Shown here: piece by piece, positions 16,390-25,531 of the stretch | Position numbering within the stretch: position 1 is the first letter of the stretch | How the letters are laid out: the number at the start of each line of letters is the position of its first letter | Assembly: GCA_016196555.1 (NCBI GenBank) | Contig: JACPXL010000002.1 | Span: forward strand, 17,865 to 81,864 | Direction of reading: 5' to 3' | Source of the DNA: Candidatus Omnitrophota bacterium | Lineage (GTDB): Bacteria > Omnitrophota > Omnitrophia > Omnitrophales > Aquincolibacteriaceae | Length of the DNA stretch: 64,000 bases | Program-made: the position numbers and the translations under genes | The notes under the pieces: generated by a model | Seen by the model: the letters and a program-made list of their open reading frames with translations, nothing else | Told to the model about the DNA's origin: nothing | Databases searched by the model: none

Positions 16390-17590
16390 GCATCACGCGC
16401 ATTCCATCGCATGGATTGCTGGATTTATTTATTTTGCCCAAGGGGCGCTGGGAGTTTCTGGAGTGGCCTTGCCGCTTTATCTGAGGGCCCAGGCTTGGAG
16501 TGTCACAGAAGTGACCATGCTGATGTCGATTGCGGCTATTCCCTGGATTTTTAAAATCTTTTACGGACTCCTTTCTGATTGCCTTCCTCTATTTTCTTAC
16601 CGGCGCAAATCCTATTTGATTCTGGCCCTTCTTTGCGGTGCGGGAGGGTGGTTTATGATGGTTGTTTTGCCCCCTACCAAGGAATGGGTCCTTTTGGCGC
16701 TTTTAATCGCCAATACCGGCTTTGCGGCTACGGATGTGGTCACGGATGGGCTGGTAGTAGAGCATTCCACCACTATAAGCAGTCAAGTCTATCAAAGTAT
16801 TGCCTGGGGATCGCGCAGCTTTGGCGCTATGATAGGCGGAATTTCAGGCGGATGGCTGGCGGCTCATACTTCGCCGGATTTTATTTTTATTTTAACTATG
16901 TCCTTGCCTTTGATTGTGATTGCGGCGGCTTCAAGAATTCATGAAAAGAAAATGGAAAGCAGTCCGTTTTCTTCGGCGCTGACGCCTTTCAGACGCTGCG
17001 GCGAACTTCTCAAAACGAAAAATTTACAATGCTTCATGGGGATTTTGCTTGTTGCATCGCTCTCATCTTCTTTCGGGATGCCGTTTTTTTTCTTCATGAA
17101 AGAGACGCTGGGATTTCCGGAAGTCTTTTTAGGTTTTCTTTCCAGCTTGGCCTGGTTTGGCGCCATGATTGGAAGTGTTGTTTATCTTAAATTTTTGCGG
17201 AAAGTTTCGCCTAAACGGATTCTTAGCTGGGCGATTATTTTAAATTGTATTAATATTTTGAGCGCGCTCCTGATCGTCAGCAAAGTCAGTGCTTTTGTGA
17301 TTGTTCTTGTAGGAGGAGCGCTGGGATGTTTGGTCATGCTTCCTTTAATGTCGACAGCCGCGATTTTGACGCATCATTCGCAGGTTGAAAGTGCCATCTT
17401 TGCGATTCTCATGAGTATTTTCAATTTTGGTCAAATTGCCGCTGGCATGAGCGGGGCCAGACTTTATAGCCTCGTCGGATTGCGGCCGTTGATTTTGATG
17501 GCCGGTCTTGTGGGGCTGCTTGGCATTTTATTTGTGCGCCGGCTGGATTTTATTCCTTCATCAACCTTTCCAAAACCTTCGACTGAATAA
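16382..17590 (+). CDS. MFS transporter, possibly folate-biopterin transporter (BT1) family
   Basis: About 12 hydrophobic helices. The LLSDCLPLFSYRRKSYLIL loop resembles the FBT signature. TTG start overlaps the upstream gene by 8 nt. Confidence 0.65.
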   Translation: MLKHHAHSIAWIAGFIYFAQGALGVSGVALPLYLRAQAWSVTEVTMLMSIAAIPWIFKIFYGLLSDCLPLFSYRRKSYLILALLCGAGGWFMMVVLPPTKEWVLLALLIANTGFAATDVVTDGLVVEHSTTISSQVYQSIAWGSRSFGAMIGGISGGWLAAHTSPDFIFILTMSLPLIVIAAASRIHEKKMESSPFSSALTPFRRCGELLKTKNLQCFMGILLVASLSSSFGMPFFFFMKETLGFPEVFLGFLSSLAWFGAMIGSVVYLKFLRKVSPKRILSWAIILNCINILSALLIVSKVSAFVIVLVGGALGCLVMLPLMSTAAILTHHSQVESAIFAILMSIFNFGQIAAGMSGARLYSLVGLRPLILMAGLVGLLGILFVRRLDFIPSSTFPKPSTE

Positions 17591-17595
17591 ACGTC

Positions 17596-18927
17596 ATGGA
17601 TTTAAAACAAGGAACAGCTAAAACGGCTTTTGATATTGCTGAGCGTCTTCGTGACGGCGGGCACACGGCTTATTTTGCCGGTGGATGTGTACGCGATTTT
17701 TTGAGAAAACAAATTCCTCAGGATTTTGATATTGCTACAACGGCAACGCCCGATCAGGTGGAAAAACTCTTTTCTAAAACGGTCCCGGTTGGAAAGCAAT
17801 TCGGCGTCATGCTGGTCATTGAGAATCAGAAAAATTTCGAGGTAGCCACTTTCCGCAGTGAAGGCGGTTATCAGGATGGGCGGCATCCGACGCAAGTAAA
17901 GTTCAGCGCGCCGGAAGAGGATGCGCTGAGACGCGATTTTACGGTCAACGGCATGTTTTATGATCCCTTTGCCCAGAAGGTGATCGATTATGTAGGGGGC
18001 AAGGAAGATATTCAGCGGCGGCTTATTCGTGCGATTGGCGATCCGGCCAAGCGATTTGAGGAAGACAAGCTCCGGCTGCTTCGTGCTATTCGTTTTGCCT
18101 CCTTTCTTGGTTATGAAATCGAATCCACGACCTGGCAGGCTATTCGCCAGCGATCAAATGAAATTCATCAGGTAAGTCCGGAGCGGATACGGGATGAGAT
18201 GATCAAGATTTTTACCCGTCCAGGCGCTGCCCATGGTTTTGGTTTGCTTTCTGAATCGGGGCTGATGAAGGAGATTTTGCCGGAAATCGAAGCCATGAAA
18301 AAGGTGGATCAGTCACCGGATTATCACCCGGAAGGAGACGTGTTTGTCCATACGAAGCTTTTGCTTGAAAAGCTAAAAGAACCGTCATTGGCGCTTGCTC
18401 TTGGGGCCTTATTCCATGATGTGGGGAAACCTCCGACTTATGCCATCCGCGAAGGCCGCATTACTTTTTATGAGCATGCACCGCTTGGCGCGAAGATGAC
18501 CGAAGAGATTATGCGGCGTCTGAGATTTTCTAATCAAGAGACCGATGCCGTTTGTTCCTGTGTTGAAAACCATATGAAATTTGCCGACGTTCAGAAAATG
18601 CGATCGGGTAAACTCAAACAATTCATTGCCCGCCCAAATTTTTCTGAAGAATTAGAGCTTCACCGCATTGACTGTCTTTCGAGCCACGGCAAACTGGATA
18701 ATTACGTTTTTCTTAAAAATAAACTCGCTGAATACGCTGAGGAAGACTTAAAACCTAAGCCAGCGATTACGGGACATGACCTTATGGCGCTTGGGATGAA
18801 GCCTGGGCCTAAAATGAAGCAAGTTTTAGAAGCTATTTATGAAATGCAGCTTGAAGGAGCGGTGAAAGACCGTGAACAGGCGCTCGCGGCGGCCAAGAAT
18901 AAAATCAAGCAACTGGATAAGGGTTAG
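17596..18927 (+). CDS. cca: CCA-adding tRNA nucleotidyltransferase with an HD domain
   Basis: GGCVRDFLL..DFDIATTATP, the RRDFTVNGM motif, and downstream HD residues (HDVGKP). Confidence 0.85.
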   Translation: MDLKQGTAKTAFDIAERLRDGGHTAYFAGGCVRDFLRKQIPQDFDIATTATPDQVEKLFSKTVPVGKQFGVMLVIENQKNFEVATFRSEGGYQDGRHPTQVKFSAPEEDALRRDFTVNGMFYDPFAQKVIDYVGGKEDIQRRLIRAIGDPAKRFEEDKLRLLRAIRFASFLGYEIESTTWQAIRQRSNEIHQVSPERIRDEMIKIFTRPGAAHGFGLLSESGLMKEILPEIEAMKKVDQSPDYHPEGDVFVHTKLLLEKLKEPSLALALGALFHDVGKPPTYAIREGRITFYEHAPLGAKMTEEIMRRLRFSNQETDAVCSCVENHMKFADVQKMRSGKLKQFIARPNFSEELELHRIDCLSSHGKLDNYVFLKNKLAEYAEEDLKPKPAITGHDLMALGMKPGPKMKQVLEAIYEMQLEGAVKDREQALAAAKNKIKQLDKG

Positions 18928-18928
18928 G

Positions 18929-19438
18929 ATGGCTTCCTCCCGATTTTTTCTTTTTGTTTTCTCTGCATTTTTCCTTCATGCGGCAAGCGGAGTGGTTGTG
19001 CCTCCTGTATTAGCGGCAAATGATTCGGTCGATGCAATTACGGAAAACGGAACGGTGATTTTGAATAGCGGGCTTAAAATTCAATTGGCTGGACTTAGTG
19101 TGCCTCCCGAATCGATTCCGATTCTTAATTCACTTCTTCGCCGTCGCGAAGTTCAAATCAAATATGATAAATCCTTGAACTCTGGCGATGCTGAAACGCC
19201 AAAGTCGGCTTATGTTTTTGTTGAGACCCGGCAATCTTCAATGCCGATTAAAGAACGTTCGGGGCCGCGTAAGAAACGGGTTATGGTTAATGAACTTTTG
19301 CTTTCCATGGGAGCGGCAAGGGTGTCGGAAAACTTGGTTTTTAAGAAGAAAAAGGATTTTCTTGAGATTGAAAAAATAGCTCAAACCAAAGGGGAGGGGA
19401 TTTGGTCTTATGAAACCCCGGGGGAGATGAAGAAATGA
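18929..19438 (+). CDS. Secreted thermonuclease (SNase)-like OB-fold protein, possibly non-catalytic
   Basis: Signal peptide MASSRFFLFVFSAFFLHAASG. IQLAGLSVPPE resembles the SNase vRLxGIDxPE motif with Arg replaced, and there is a C-terminal EKIAQTKGEGIWS. The similarity is weak. Confidence 0.4.
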   Translation: MASSRFFLFVFSAFFLHAASGVVVPPVLAANDSVDAITENGTVILNSGLKIQLAGLSVPPESIPILNSLLRRREVQIKYDKSLNSGDAETPKSAYVFVETRQSSMPIKERSGPRKKRVMVNELLLSMGAARVSENLVFKKKKDFLEIEKIAQTKGEGIWSYETPGEMKK

Positions 19439-19986
19439 AAAATCATGCCATGCTTACCGTGTTCGGAAAAGACCGGCCTGGAATTATTGCCGCTGTGACA
19501 GAGGTTTTGTTCCAGCAAGGCTGTAATTTAGAGGATGTGAGTATGACCGTTTTGGAAGGTGAGTTGGTGATGATGACGGTGGTGGGATTTGACAAACGCC
19601 GTCAGAAAAAAATCCTGGAGGTTCTTCAGCGGGTACTGGAAAAAAAGATGCGCTTTAATTTTTCTTGGAGAGAACTGTCCGGCGCCATTCATCGAGGAGA
19701 AAAACACACGAAAAATTCTGAAAGTTATATTATCACATGTGCGGGCAAAGACCGGACCGGGATTGTTTATCGTGTCAGCCGTTTGATGGCCAAATGCGGC
19801 CTTAATATCAGCGACTTAAACTGTAAAATTTTGGGTTATGGACCAAACGCTGTTTATACCATGCTTCTTGAAGTCGACGTTCCGCGCGCTTTTAGTCTTT
19901 CTAAATTAGAACGCTCTCTTAAAGTTCTGGCGAAATCGCTCAAAATCTCCATCGATCTCAAGCCTCTGGAACGCATTGAGTTATAA
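19435..19986 (+). CDS. Tandem ACT-domain protein (GcvR-like)
   Basis: Two ACT-like repeats: LTVFGKDRPGIIAAVTEVLFQQGCNLEDVS and ITCAGKDRTGIVYRVSRLMAKCGLNISDL. Confidence 0.7.
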   Translation: MKNHAMLTVFGKDRPGIIAAVTEVLFQQGCNLEDVSMTVLEGELVMMTVVGFDKRRQKKILEVLQRVLEKKMRFNFSWRELSGAIHRGEKHTKNSESYIITCAGKDRTGIVYRVSRLMAKCGLNISDLNCKILGYGPNAVYTMLLEVDVPRAFSLSKLERSLKVLAKSLKISIDLKPLERIEL

Positions 19987-20003
19987 AAGGCCGGACTTCT
20001 TTT

Positions 20004-20495
20004 ATGCCGCTATTAAAAATTCGCCTTTTTCCGGATCCAATTTTGCGTAAACCAGCCAAAGCCGTTACCCAATTCAATAAGCTTTTGGAGAAGCAGATTG
20101 ACGACTTGGCCGGGGCTATGAAACATCAGCCGTCCGGAATTGGCATTGCAGCTCCTCAAGCGGGTATTTCGCTTCAATTAGCCATTGTGGATGTTTCTAG
20201 CCGCATTCCTGGGGCCACACGGCATGTTCTGATCAATCCGGAAATCCTGGAAATCCATACGCCGCGCCTGAGCCGGGAAGGCTGTATGAGCTTACCGGAG
20301 TATACCGCGAATCTTAAACGGTATGACTGGATCAAAATTCGATTTCAGGATTTGGACAGGCGGTGGATTATTTTAACCGCCTCGGGGATTGAAGCGGTTT
20401 GCATTCAGCATGAAATTGATCATCTGCAGGGAAAGCTCTTTTTGGATCGGGTAGCCTCGCTTAAAACCGATATGTTTCCGCGAACTAAGCCGTAA
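20004..20495 (+). CDS. def: Peptide deformylase
   Basis: GIGIAAPQ, EGCMSLP and HEIDHLQG motifs. Confidence 0.95.
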   Translation: MPLLKIRLFPDPILRKPAKAVTQFNKLLEKQIDDLAGAMKHQPSGIGIAAPQAGISLQLAIVDVSSRIPGATRHVLINPEILEIHTPRLSREGCMSLPEYTANLKRYDWIKIRFQDLDRRWIILTASGIEAVCIQHEIDHLQGKLFLDRVASLKTDMFPRTKP

Positions 20496-20573
20496 GCCCG
20501 CCTTAAAAGCCTCTTGAGTCACTTTATTTAATCCCGTCAAACTCATATCAAAAACGCTACTCGCGCTTAGTAT

Positions 20574-20601
20574 GAGTCCTATAATGTATGTTATGTAAAG
20601 T
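20574..20601. other. dif: dif-like XerC/XerD recombination site (GAGTCCTATAA-TGTATG-TTATGTAAAGT)
   Basis: The 11-6-11 architecture shares ATAATGTAT.TTATGT.AA.T with E. coli and B. subtilis dif. It lies in the convergent spacer where the strand of all genes switches. Confidence 0.7.
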
Positions 20602-20627
20602 AGCTAATAGAGAGAAAACGGTGAAAT

Positions 20628-22658
20628 TTACCAGTCTTTTCCAACGCGTTCGCCCTGAGGATTGGCGGGAGGTTTTCGAAGGTCCTGCAGCTCTTTTTCC
20701 GAGTCTTTTAAGGCATCCAGAACTCTTAATGCCTCAGGCATGGTCATCTGCCCTTGAAGCGGTTTGGGGCCTTTCTGCAGGTTTTCCTGGCCGCTTTGAG
20801 GCTGCTTTTGATCGCCTTCTTCGGGTTTAGGTTGGGATGGTTGTTCTTCTTTTTCGCCCGATTCAGGCTGATTTTGCTGTTGCTGCTGATTCTGCTGCTC
20901 TTGGTCCTTTTGATCTTGGTTTTGTTGATCCTGAGGCTGCTGCTTCTGGTCCTCTTGATCTTTTTGCTGATTTTGTGACGGCTGTTGGTCCTGATCCTGC
21001 TTGTCTTGCTTGTCTTTTTCTTGATCCTGTTCGGATGATTGCGATTGCTGCTGGTCTTGCTGGTCCTTTTGGTCCTGATTCTGTTGATTCTGATTCTGCT
21101 GCTGGTCCTGGTTTTGCTGTTGATTCTGCTTTTGTTCCTGTTGCTGCTGATCCTTGTTCTGCTGTTGAGGCTTTTGCTGCGGCTGTTGTTTTTTACGTTC
21201 CTGATCTTTCTTTTCAAACATGCTTTTTTGTTTTTGCAGGAATTCTAAATTGTATTTTGCATCGGGATCTTTCGGGTTGATTTCCAAAGCATTTTGATAA
21301 GCTTCGATTGCCTTGTCAAAATTACCAAGACGATATTGAACGTTCCCATAATTGTAATAGGCGTTGGCTTTGAGTACTGGATCTTTGATCTTGGATTCCG
21401 ATTGAATAACTTTTTCTAGATTCTGCAAGGCGGCTCTAAACTCATCAGTTTGATATAAAGTGGCCGCCAGATTGTAACCCACAACGGGATCGTCCGGATT
21501 TTTAATCTGGGCTTGCCGGTAATTTTCCAGCGCCGTCTGATATTTTTTATCCGAAAAATTCTTATTTCCTTCTTTGATTAATGTTTCGGAAGATTTAAAG
21601 AATCCGCAAAAGAGAAAGAACGCGTAAAGCAGCATGAGGGCCTGAGCGCGCTTTTTGTGAATCCGCCGCACAAAACTTTCCAGTGCTAAAAAAATGAGAG
21701 CAAAAAATAAAAATAATTGAAAATGATCTTCCCTTTCAGTGATTGTGCGTTCTTTGAATTTCTTTTGCCCAATTCCCTCTAAATGCTTCAAGATAAGACT
21801 AACTTCCTGTTCGCCCGGGCTCGCAGTAATGTAAACACCGCCGGTTTCCGAAGCTATTTTTTCTAAAATGGGCTGGTTCAGTTTGGTGATCACGATTTGG
21901 CCTGTGTCATCCTTTTTGAAGCCGGTTCGCTGTCCCGTTTCAGATTTAAGCGGAATGGGTGCTCCTTGCGGGGTCCCGAAGCCAATGGTGTAGATTTTTA
22001 ATCCAGCCTGCTTAGAAGCTTCCAGTGCGGCCTCAATGCCCCCTTCGTGGTCTTCCCCATCGGTCAAAAGAATAATTACTTTGTGCTTTAAGGTTTTATC
22101 AGGAAACGAATGAATGGCCAGCCGAATGGCCTGATCCAATGAAGTGCCCGGCACGGGGATATAGCCGGTATCGATAGCGTCCAAGAAGAGCAAAAAGGCT
22201 GAATAATCGAGTGTTAAAGGGGCTTGGAGGAAGCTAGTCCCGGCAAAAGCGACCATGCCCACCCTATCCCCTTTTAGGCGGTGAATGAAGTTTTTAATCG
22301 TCAGCTTGGCCTTTTGAAGGCGGTTAGGGGCAATATCTTCAGCCAGCATGCTTAGGGATGTATCCATAAGAAAAACGATGTCTATTCCTTTGCGCTCGAC
22401 CTTTCTTTGCTCTTCACCCCATTGCGGGCGTGAAAGGGCCAAAATGGAAAAAAACAAAGCTAAAATCAGACATAAACTTCGGAGCCGCCATTCGGACGAA
22501 CGATAATTCGGAATTAGCTTTTCATAAAAAGTGGACAATAAAGTAAAACGGGAAAGGCGCTTCTGCCATAAATGCCGGGAATAAATCAAAATTCCGGCAA
22601 GCACCGGGATGGCGAGAAGTCCTATAAAGGCTTTAGGCTCAAAAAATTGCATAATCAT
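20628..22658 (-). CDS. Fused BatA/BatB-like VWA protein plus BatC-like TPR region, with a long Q/N/D/K-rich C-terminal segment
   Basis: N-terminal TM helices, a VWA MIDAS motif (DIVFLMDTSLSM), a TM helix, TPR repeats (YNLAATLYQ..., ANAYYNYGNVQYRLGNFDKAIEAYQNALEINP), then about 150 aa of QQNQDQ-type low complexity. Confidence 0.8.
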   Translation of the reverse strand: MIMQFFEPKAFIGLLAIPVLAGILIYSRHLWQKRLSRFTLLSTFYEKLIPNYRSSEWRLRSLCLILALFFSILALSRPQWGEEQRKVERKGIDIVFLMDTSLSMLAEDIAPNRLQKAKLTIKNFIHRLKGDRVGMVAFAGTSFLQAPLTLDYSAFLLFLDAIDTGYIPVPGTSLDQAIRLAIHSFPDKTLKHKVIILLTDGEDHEGGIEAALEASKQAGLKIYTIGFGTPQGAPIPLKSETGQRTGFKKDDTGQIVITKLNQPILEKIASETGGVYITASPGEQEVSLILKHLEGIGQKKFKERTITEREDHFQLFLFFALIFLALESFVRRIHKKRAQALMLLYAFFLFCGFFKSSETLIKEGNKNFSDKKYQTALENYRQAQIKNPDDPVVGYNLAATLYQTDEFRAALQNLEKVIQSESKIKDPVLKANAYYNYGNVQYRLGNFDKAIEAYQNALEINPKDPDAKYNLEFLQKQKSMFEKKDQERKKQQPQQKPQQQNKDQQQQEQKQNQQQNQDQQQNQNQQNQDQKDQQDQQQSQSSEQDQEKDKQDKQDQDQQPSQNQQKDQEDQKQQPQDQQNQDQKDQEQQNQQQQQNQPESGEKEEQPSQPKPEEGDQKQPQSGQENLQKGPKPLQGQMTMPEALRVLDALKDSEKELQDLRKPPANPQGERVGKDW
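20750..21200. repeat. Cryptic low-complexity CAG/CAA/GAT-rich coding repeat (CTG/TTG/ATC-rich on the + strand)
   Basis: Open in several frames on both strands (track ORFs 20744-21217, 20754-20978, 20837-21280, 21039-21248). It encodes the Q/N/D/K tract of the Bat-like protein. Confidence 0.9.
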
Positions 22659-22664
22659 TTCCTA

Positions 22665-23651
22665 TCAATTGCTGGGCGGGGTCGCCGCACTTTCGCTTGA
22701 AGAATTTTCATGAAATATAGGCCGTGACTGTTCCACAATTTCTTTGGATTGCTTATTGATGTGAATGATTTCAGCGGGTTCTGGGCGCCATTTGGCAAAT
22801 TTTGCCAGGTCCGCTGCCGATAACACGGCCTCGATTTTTTCCCGCAGGGTTAATGGGATTTCCTTTTCTTTCAGGTCTTTCAAAACTTCATAAGTTGTCG
22901 ATTCGCTGGCAAGGATCGAATATCTTTTCTCAAAATAAGTACGAAGAATTTCTGACAATCTTAAATAATATTCCTTAATTTTTCCCCGGCGGAGAAGATC
23001 TGAATCAAAAAGTTCATTGAGTTGAATGATTGCCTGTTCATCCGCCGACAAGGCCGGCTCGCTGGAAACCATAGCTTTTGTTTTCGAAGCAAACCGGCGG
23101 TACGCAATGACTGCAAGCATGGCCGCGATAAGCAAAACAGCGGCAATAAGAACTACAATTCCACGATTGGCCATCGCCAGCACGGATTTGATCCCGCGTA
23201 TATCATTTTTTTCTTTTGCCCCGTCAACGCTTTGCACCGAAAGAAACAAGCGATTAGTTTGTAGCTTTTTGACCTCTCCTCCGGCGTCTTTATCCCGGTA
23301 TTGAATCTCCACCGGATCGATGATGAACTGGCCAAGGCGGAATGAAGTTAAATGAAACCGGCGGCCTTCCACAATCCATTTCCCTTCTTTTTTTCTAATC
23401 TCTTCGATTTTCTGGATTTTAAGGGCATCATTGACTGGCGGTGGCACATTCGAAAGAATTTCAATCGAAGGCGCGTGATGAATAGTTACGGTGTATTCAA
23501 CGGGATCACCGATGGTGATAAAGGCGCGGTTAATCTCGGCTTTGACCGTAATCGGTGATTCTGATGCGCTGCGACTAGGGCTGGGTTGAAGTAAGAGTAA
23601 AACTCCGAACCAAAGGAGACCGTAAAAAAAATGATGCATCTTCAATTTCAT
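22665..23651 (-). CDS. BatD-like N-terminal domain + TM helix + DUF4381-like C-terminal domain protein
   Basis: Signal peptide, VKAEINRAFITIGDPVEYTVTI, DIRGIK, a TM helix (VVLIAAVLLIAAMLAVIAY), and a C-terminal LRLSEILRTYFEKRY...AADLAKFAKWRP. The family assignment is from memory of Bat operon components. Confidence 0.55.
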   Translation of the reverse strand: MKLKMHHFFYGLLWFGVLLLLQPSPSRSASESPITVKAEINRAFITIGDPVEYTVTIHHAPSIEILSNVPPPVNDALKIQKIEEIRKKEGKWIVEGRRFHLTSFRLGQFIIDPVEIQYRDKDAGGEVKKLQTNRLFLSVQSVDGAKEKNDIRGIKSVLAMANRGIVVLIAAVLLIAAMLAVIAYRRFASKTKAMVSSEPALSADEQAIIQLNELFDSDLLRRGKIKEYYLRLSEILRTYFEKRYSILASESTTYEVLKDLKEKEIPLTLREKIEAVLSAADLAKFAKWRPEPAEIIHINKQSKEIVEQSRPIFHENSSSESAATPPSN

Positions 23652-24523
23652 AATCTTTTTTCGCGTATTTTGAAAAAAGACATTAAAGGTTCAACATAAG
23701 ATTTGTCGGTTTGGATGTCAATTTTATCAACGCGCAATGTTTTGAAGAGTTTATCCAAAGCCTCATCGCGTGCGCCGATTCGTTTTTTCATATCCTCACG
23801 AAAAGTCACCGTTGAAGTATCGACGACCCGATGTTCTCCGGTTTCTCGGTCTTCGAGCTCTAAAATCCCGAGCGATGGGATTTCTTCTTCCCGTGGATCA
23901 CGCAAATGAATCGCGATCACATCATGTTTGCGGCTAAGAATTTTCAAAGGTTTTTCATAATCGTTGTCCAGAAAATCGGAAATTAAAAAGATGACGGCCG
24001 TACGAGTGAGGAAGTTATTAAGGTACTCCAAAGCAGCGATCATCCGAGTCTGGCGGCGTTTGGGCTGATAACAAAGGATTTCCCGCACGACGCGCAGGAC
24101 ATGCATCCTTCCCTTTTTGACCGGAATAAATTTTTCAACCTGGTCCGTGGAAATCATGAGTCCTGTCTTGTCATGATTTTTCACCGCAGCAAATGCGAGG
24201 ACCGCAGTGATTTCAGCAGCGATTTCTGATTTTAATTTTTCCGCGCTTCCAAAATATTGAGATCCGGACATATCCACCACAAAAATCACGGTGAGTTCGC
24301 GTTCCTCCACAAACTTTTTAACAAAGGCTTCTTGGGATCGTGCCGTTACATTCCAATCAATGGTACGGATATCATCACCGGGTACATATTCCCGAACATC
24401 GGCAAACTCCATCCCGTGCCCTTTGAAGACAGAAACATATTCTCCGCCAAAAAGATCATTGACGAGCCGTGTGGTCCGGATTTCGATATTCCTGATTTTT
24501 TTGAGAATTTCTTTGGGAATCAA
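23648..24523 (-). CDS. DUF58 domain protein (MoxR partner)
   Basis: FADVREYVPGDDIRTIDWNVTAR signature. 4-nt overlaps with both neighbours. Confidence 0.9.
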   Translation of the reverse strand: MIPKEILKKIRNIEIRTTRLVNDLFGGEYVSVFKGHGMEFADVREYVPGDDIRTIDWNVTARSQEAFVKKFVEERELTVIFVVDMSGSQYFGSAEKLKSEIAAEITAVLAFAAVKNHDKTGLMISTDQVEKFIPVKKGRMHVLRVVREILCYQPKRRQTRMIAALEYLNNFLTRTAVIFLISDFLDNDYEKPLKILSRKHDVIAIHLRDPREEEIPSLGILELEDRETGEHRVVDTSTVTFREDMKKRIGARDEALDKLFKTLRVDKIDIQTDKSYVEPLMSFFKIREKRL

Positions 24524-25509
24524 GGGACCTCGACTTGATCAAAAATGCGCTTAATAATTTGCTCCGAGGTGATGTCTTCAGCTTCGGCTTCATAAGTGAC
24601 CAAAACACGATGCCGGAGAACATCGGTTCCGATTTGTTTCACATCATCGGGTGTTACATACCCCCTCCCCTTCAGGAAGGCATGGGCCTTTGAGGCAAGT
24701 GTCAACATAATGCTGGCGCGCGGAGAAGCACCGTAGGCAATAAGCGGTTTCAAACTTTCCAGGCGGTATTGGGCAGGATCACGGGTGGCAAAGACCAGGT
24801 CGAGAATATAATCTTTGACCTTCTCATCGACATAAATTTGCGCCATGAGCTCCCGCAATTTCATAAGCTCCGCGGGATCCATCACCGGATTGACCTCAAT
24901 TTCTTTTCCGGTCGACATTCTCTCCAGAATTTCTTTTTCTTCCTTTTTGTTGGGATAAGTGACGATGAGTTTCATCATGAACCGGTCAACTTGGGCTTCC
25001 GGCAAAGGATAAGTCCCCTCTTGTTCGATTGGATTTTGAGTGGCTAAAACCAGAAAGGGTTTGGGAAGCGGAAAGGTTTTTTCGCCGATCGTGACTTGCC
25101 TTTCCTGCATGGCTTCGAGCAAAGCGCTTTGGACTTTGGAGGGGGCGCGGTTGATTTCATCGGCCAGAATAATGTTAGCAAAAATCGGACCTAATTTGGT
25201 TGAAAATTGTCCGTCTTTCGGGTTATAGACGAGAGTTCCAATCACGTCTGCCGGCAAAAGATCGGGCGTAAATTGAATGCGCTGAAATTTAGTATGAAGC
25301 GTGCGCGCAAGAGTGCGGACCGATGTGGTCTTGGCAAGACCTGGCACTCCTTCGATTAAAATATGGCCGTCAGCAAGAAGAGCAACCAAAAGCCGTTCGA
25401 TGAGATAAGTTTGTCCGACAATGGCTTTACCAATCTCTCGCTGCAAGATTTGAAAAGCACCGGTCGCATCTTTAATTTTTGCGTTAAGTTCCTTAATGGC
25501 TGTATCCAT
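24520..25509 (-). CDS. moxR: MoxR-family AAA+ ATPase
   Basis: Walker A GVPGLAKT, Walker B ILADEINRA. A GGAGG SD lies upstream. Confidence 0.9.
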   Translation of the reverse strand: MDTAIKELNAKIKDATGAFQILQREIGKAIVGQTYLIERLLVALLADGHILIEGVPGLAKTTSVRTLARTLHTKFQRIQFTPDLLPADVIGTLVYNPKDGQFSTKLGPIFANIILADEINRAPSKVQSALLEAMQERQVTIGEKTFPLPKPFLVLATQNPIEQEGTYPLPEAQVDRFMMKLIVTYPNKKEEKEILERMSTGKEIEVNPVMDPAELMKLRELMAQIYVDEKVKDYILDLVFATRDPAQYRLESLKPLIAYGASPRASIMLTLASKAHAFLKGRGYVTPDDVKQIGTDVLRHRVLVTYEAEAEDITSEQIIKRIFDQVEVP

Positions 25510-25531
25510 AATGCTGCATCCTCCTTGATGA

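Noticed and set aside
20744-21280. Several 69-157-aa ORFs on both strands inside the Bat-like gene (20744-21217 -, 20754-20978 +, 20837-21280 +, 21039-21248 +).
   Set aside because: They are artefacts of the stop-free CTG/TTG/GAT low-complexity repeat. Their products are pure L/F or R/K/S strings, and they lie fully inside a well-supported CDS.
24615-24630. TGTTTCACAT, considered as half of a parS site (TGTTTCACGTGAAACA), given that smc lies in the window.
   Set aside because: Only the first half matches, it is inside the MoxR coding region, and no second half-site is present.
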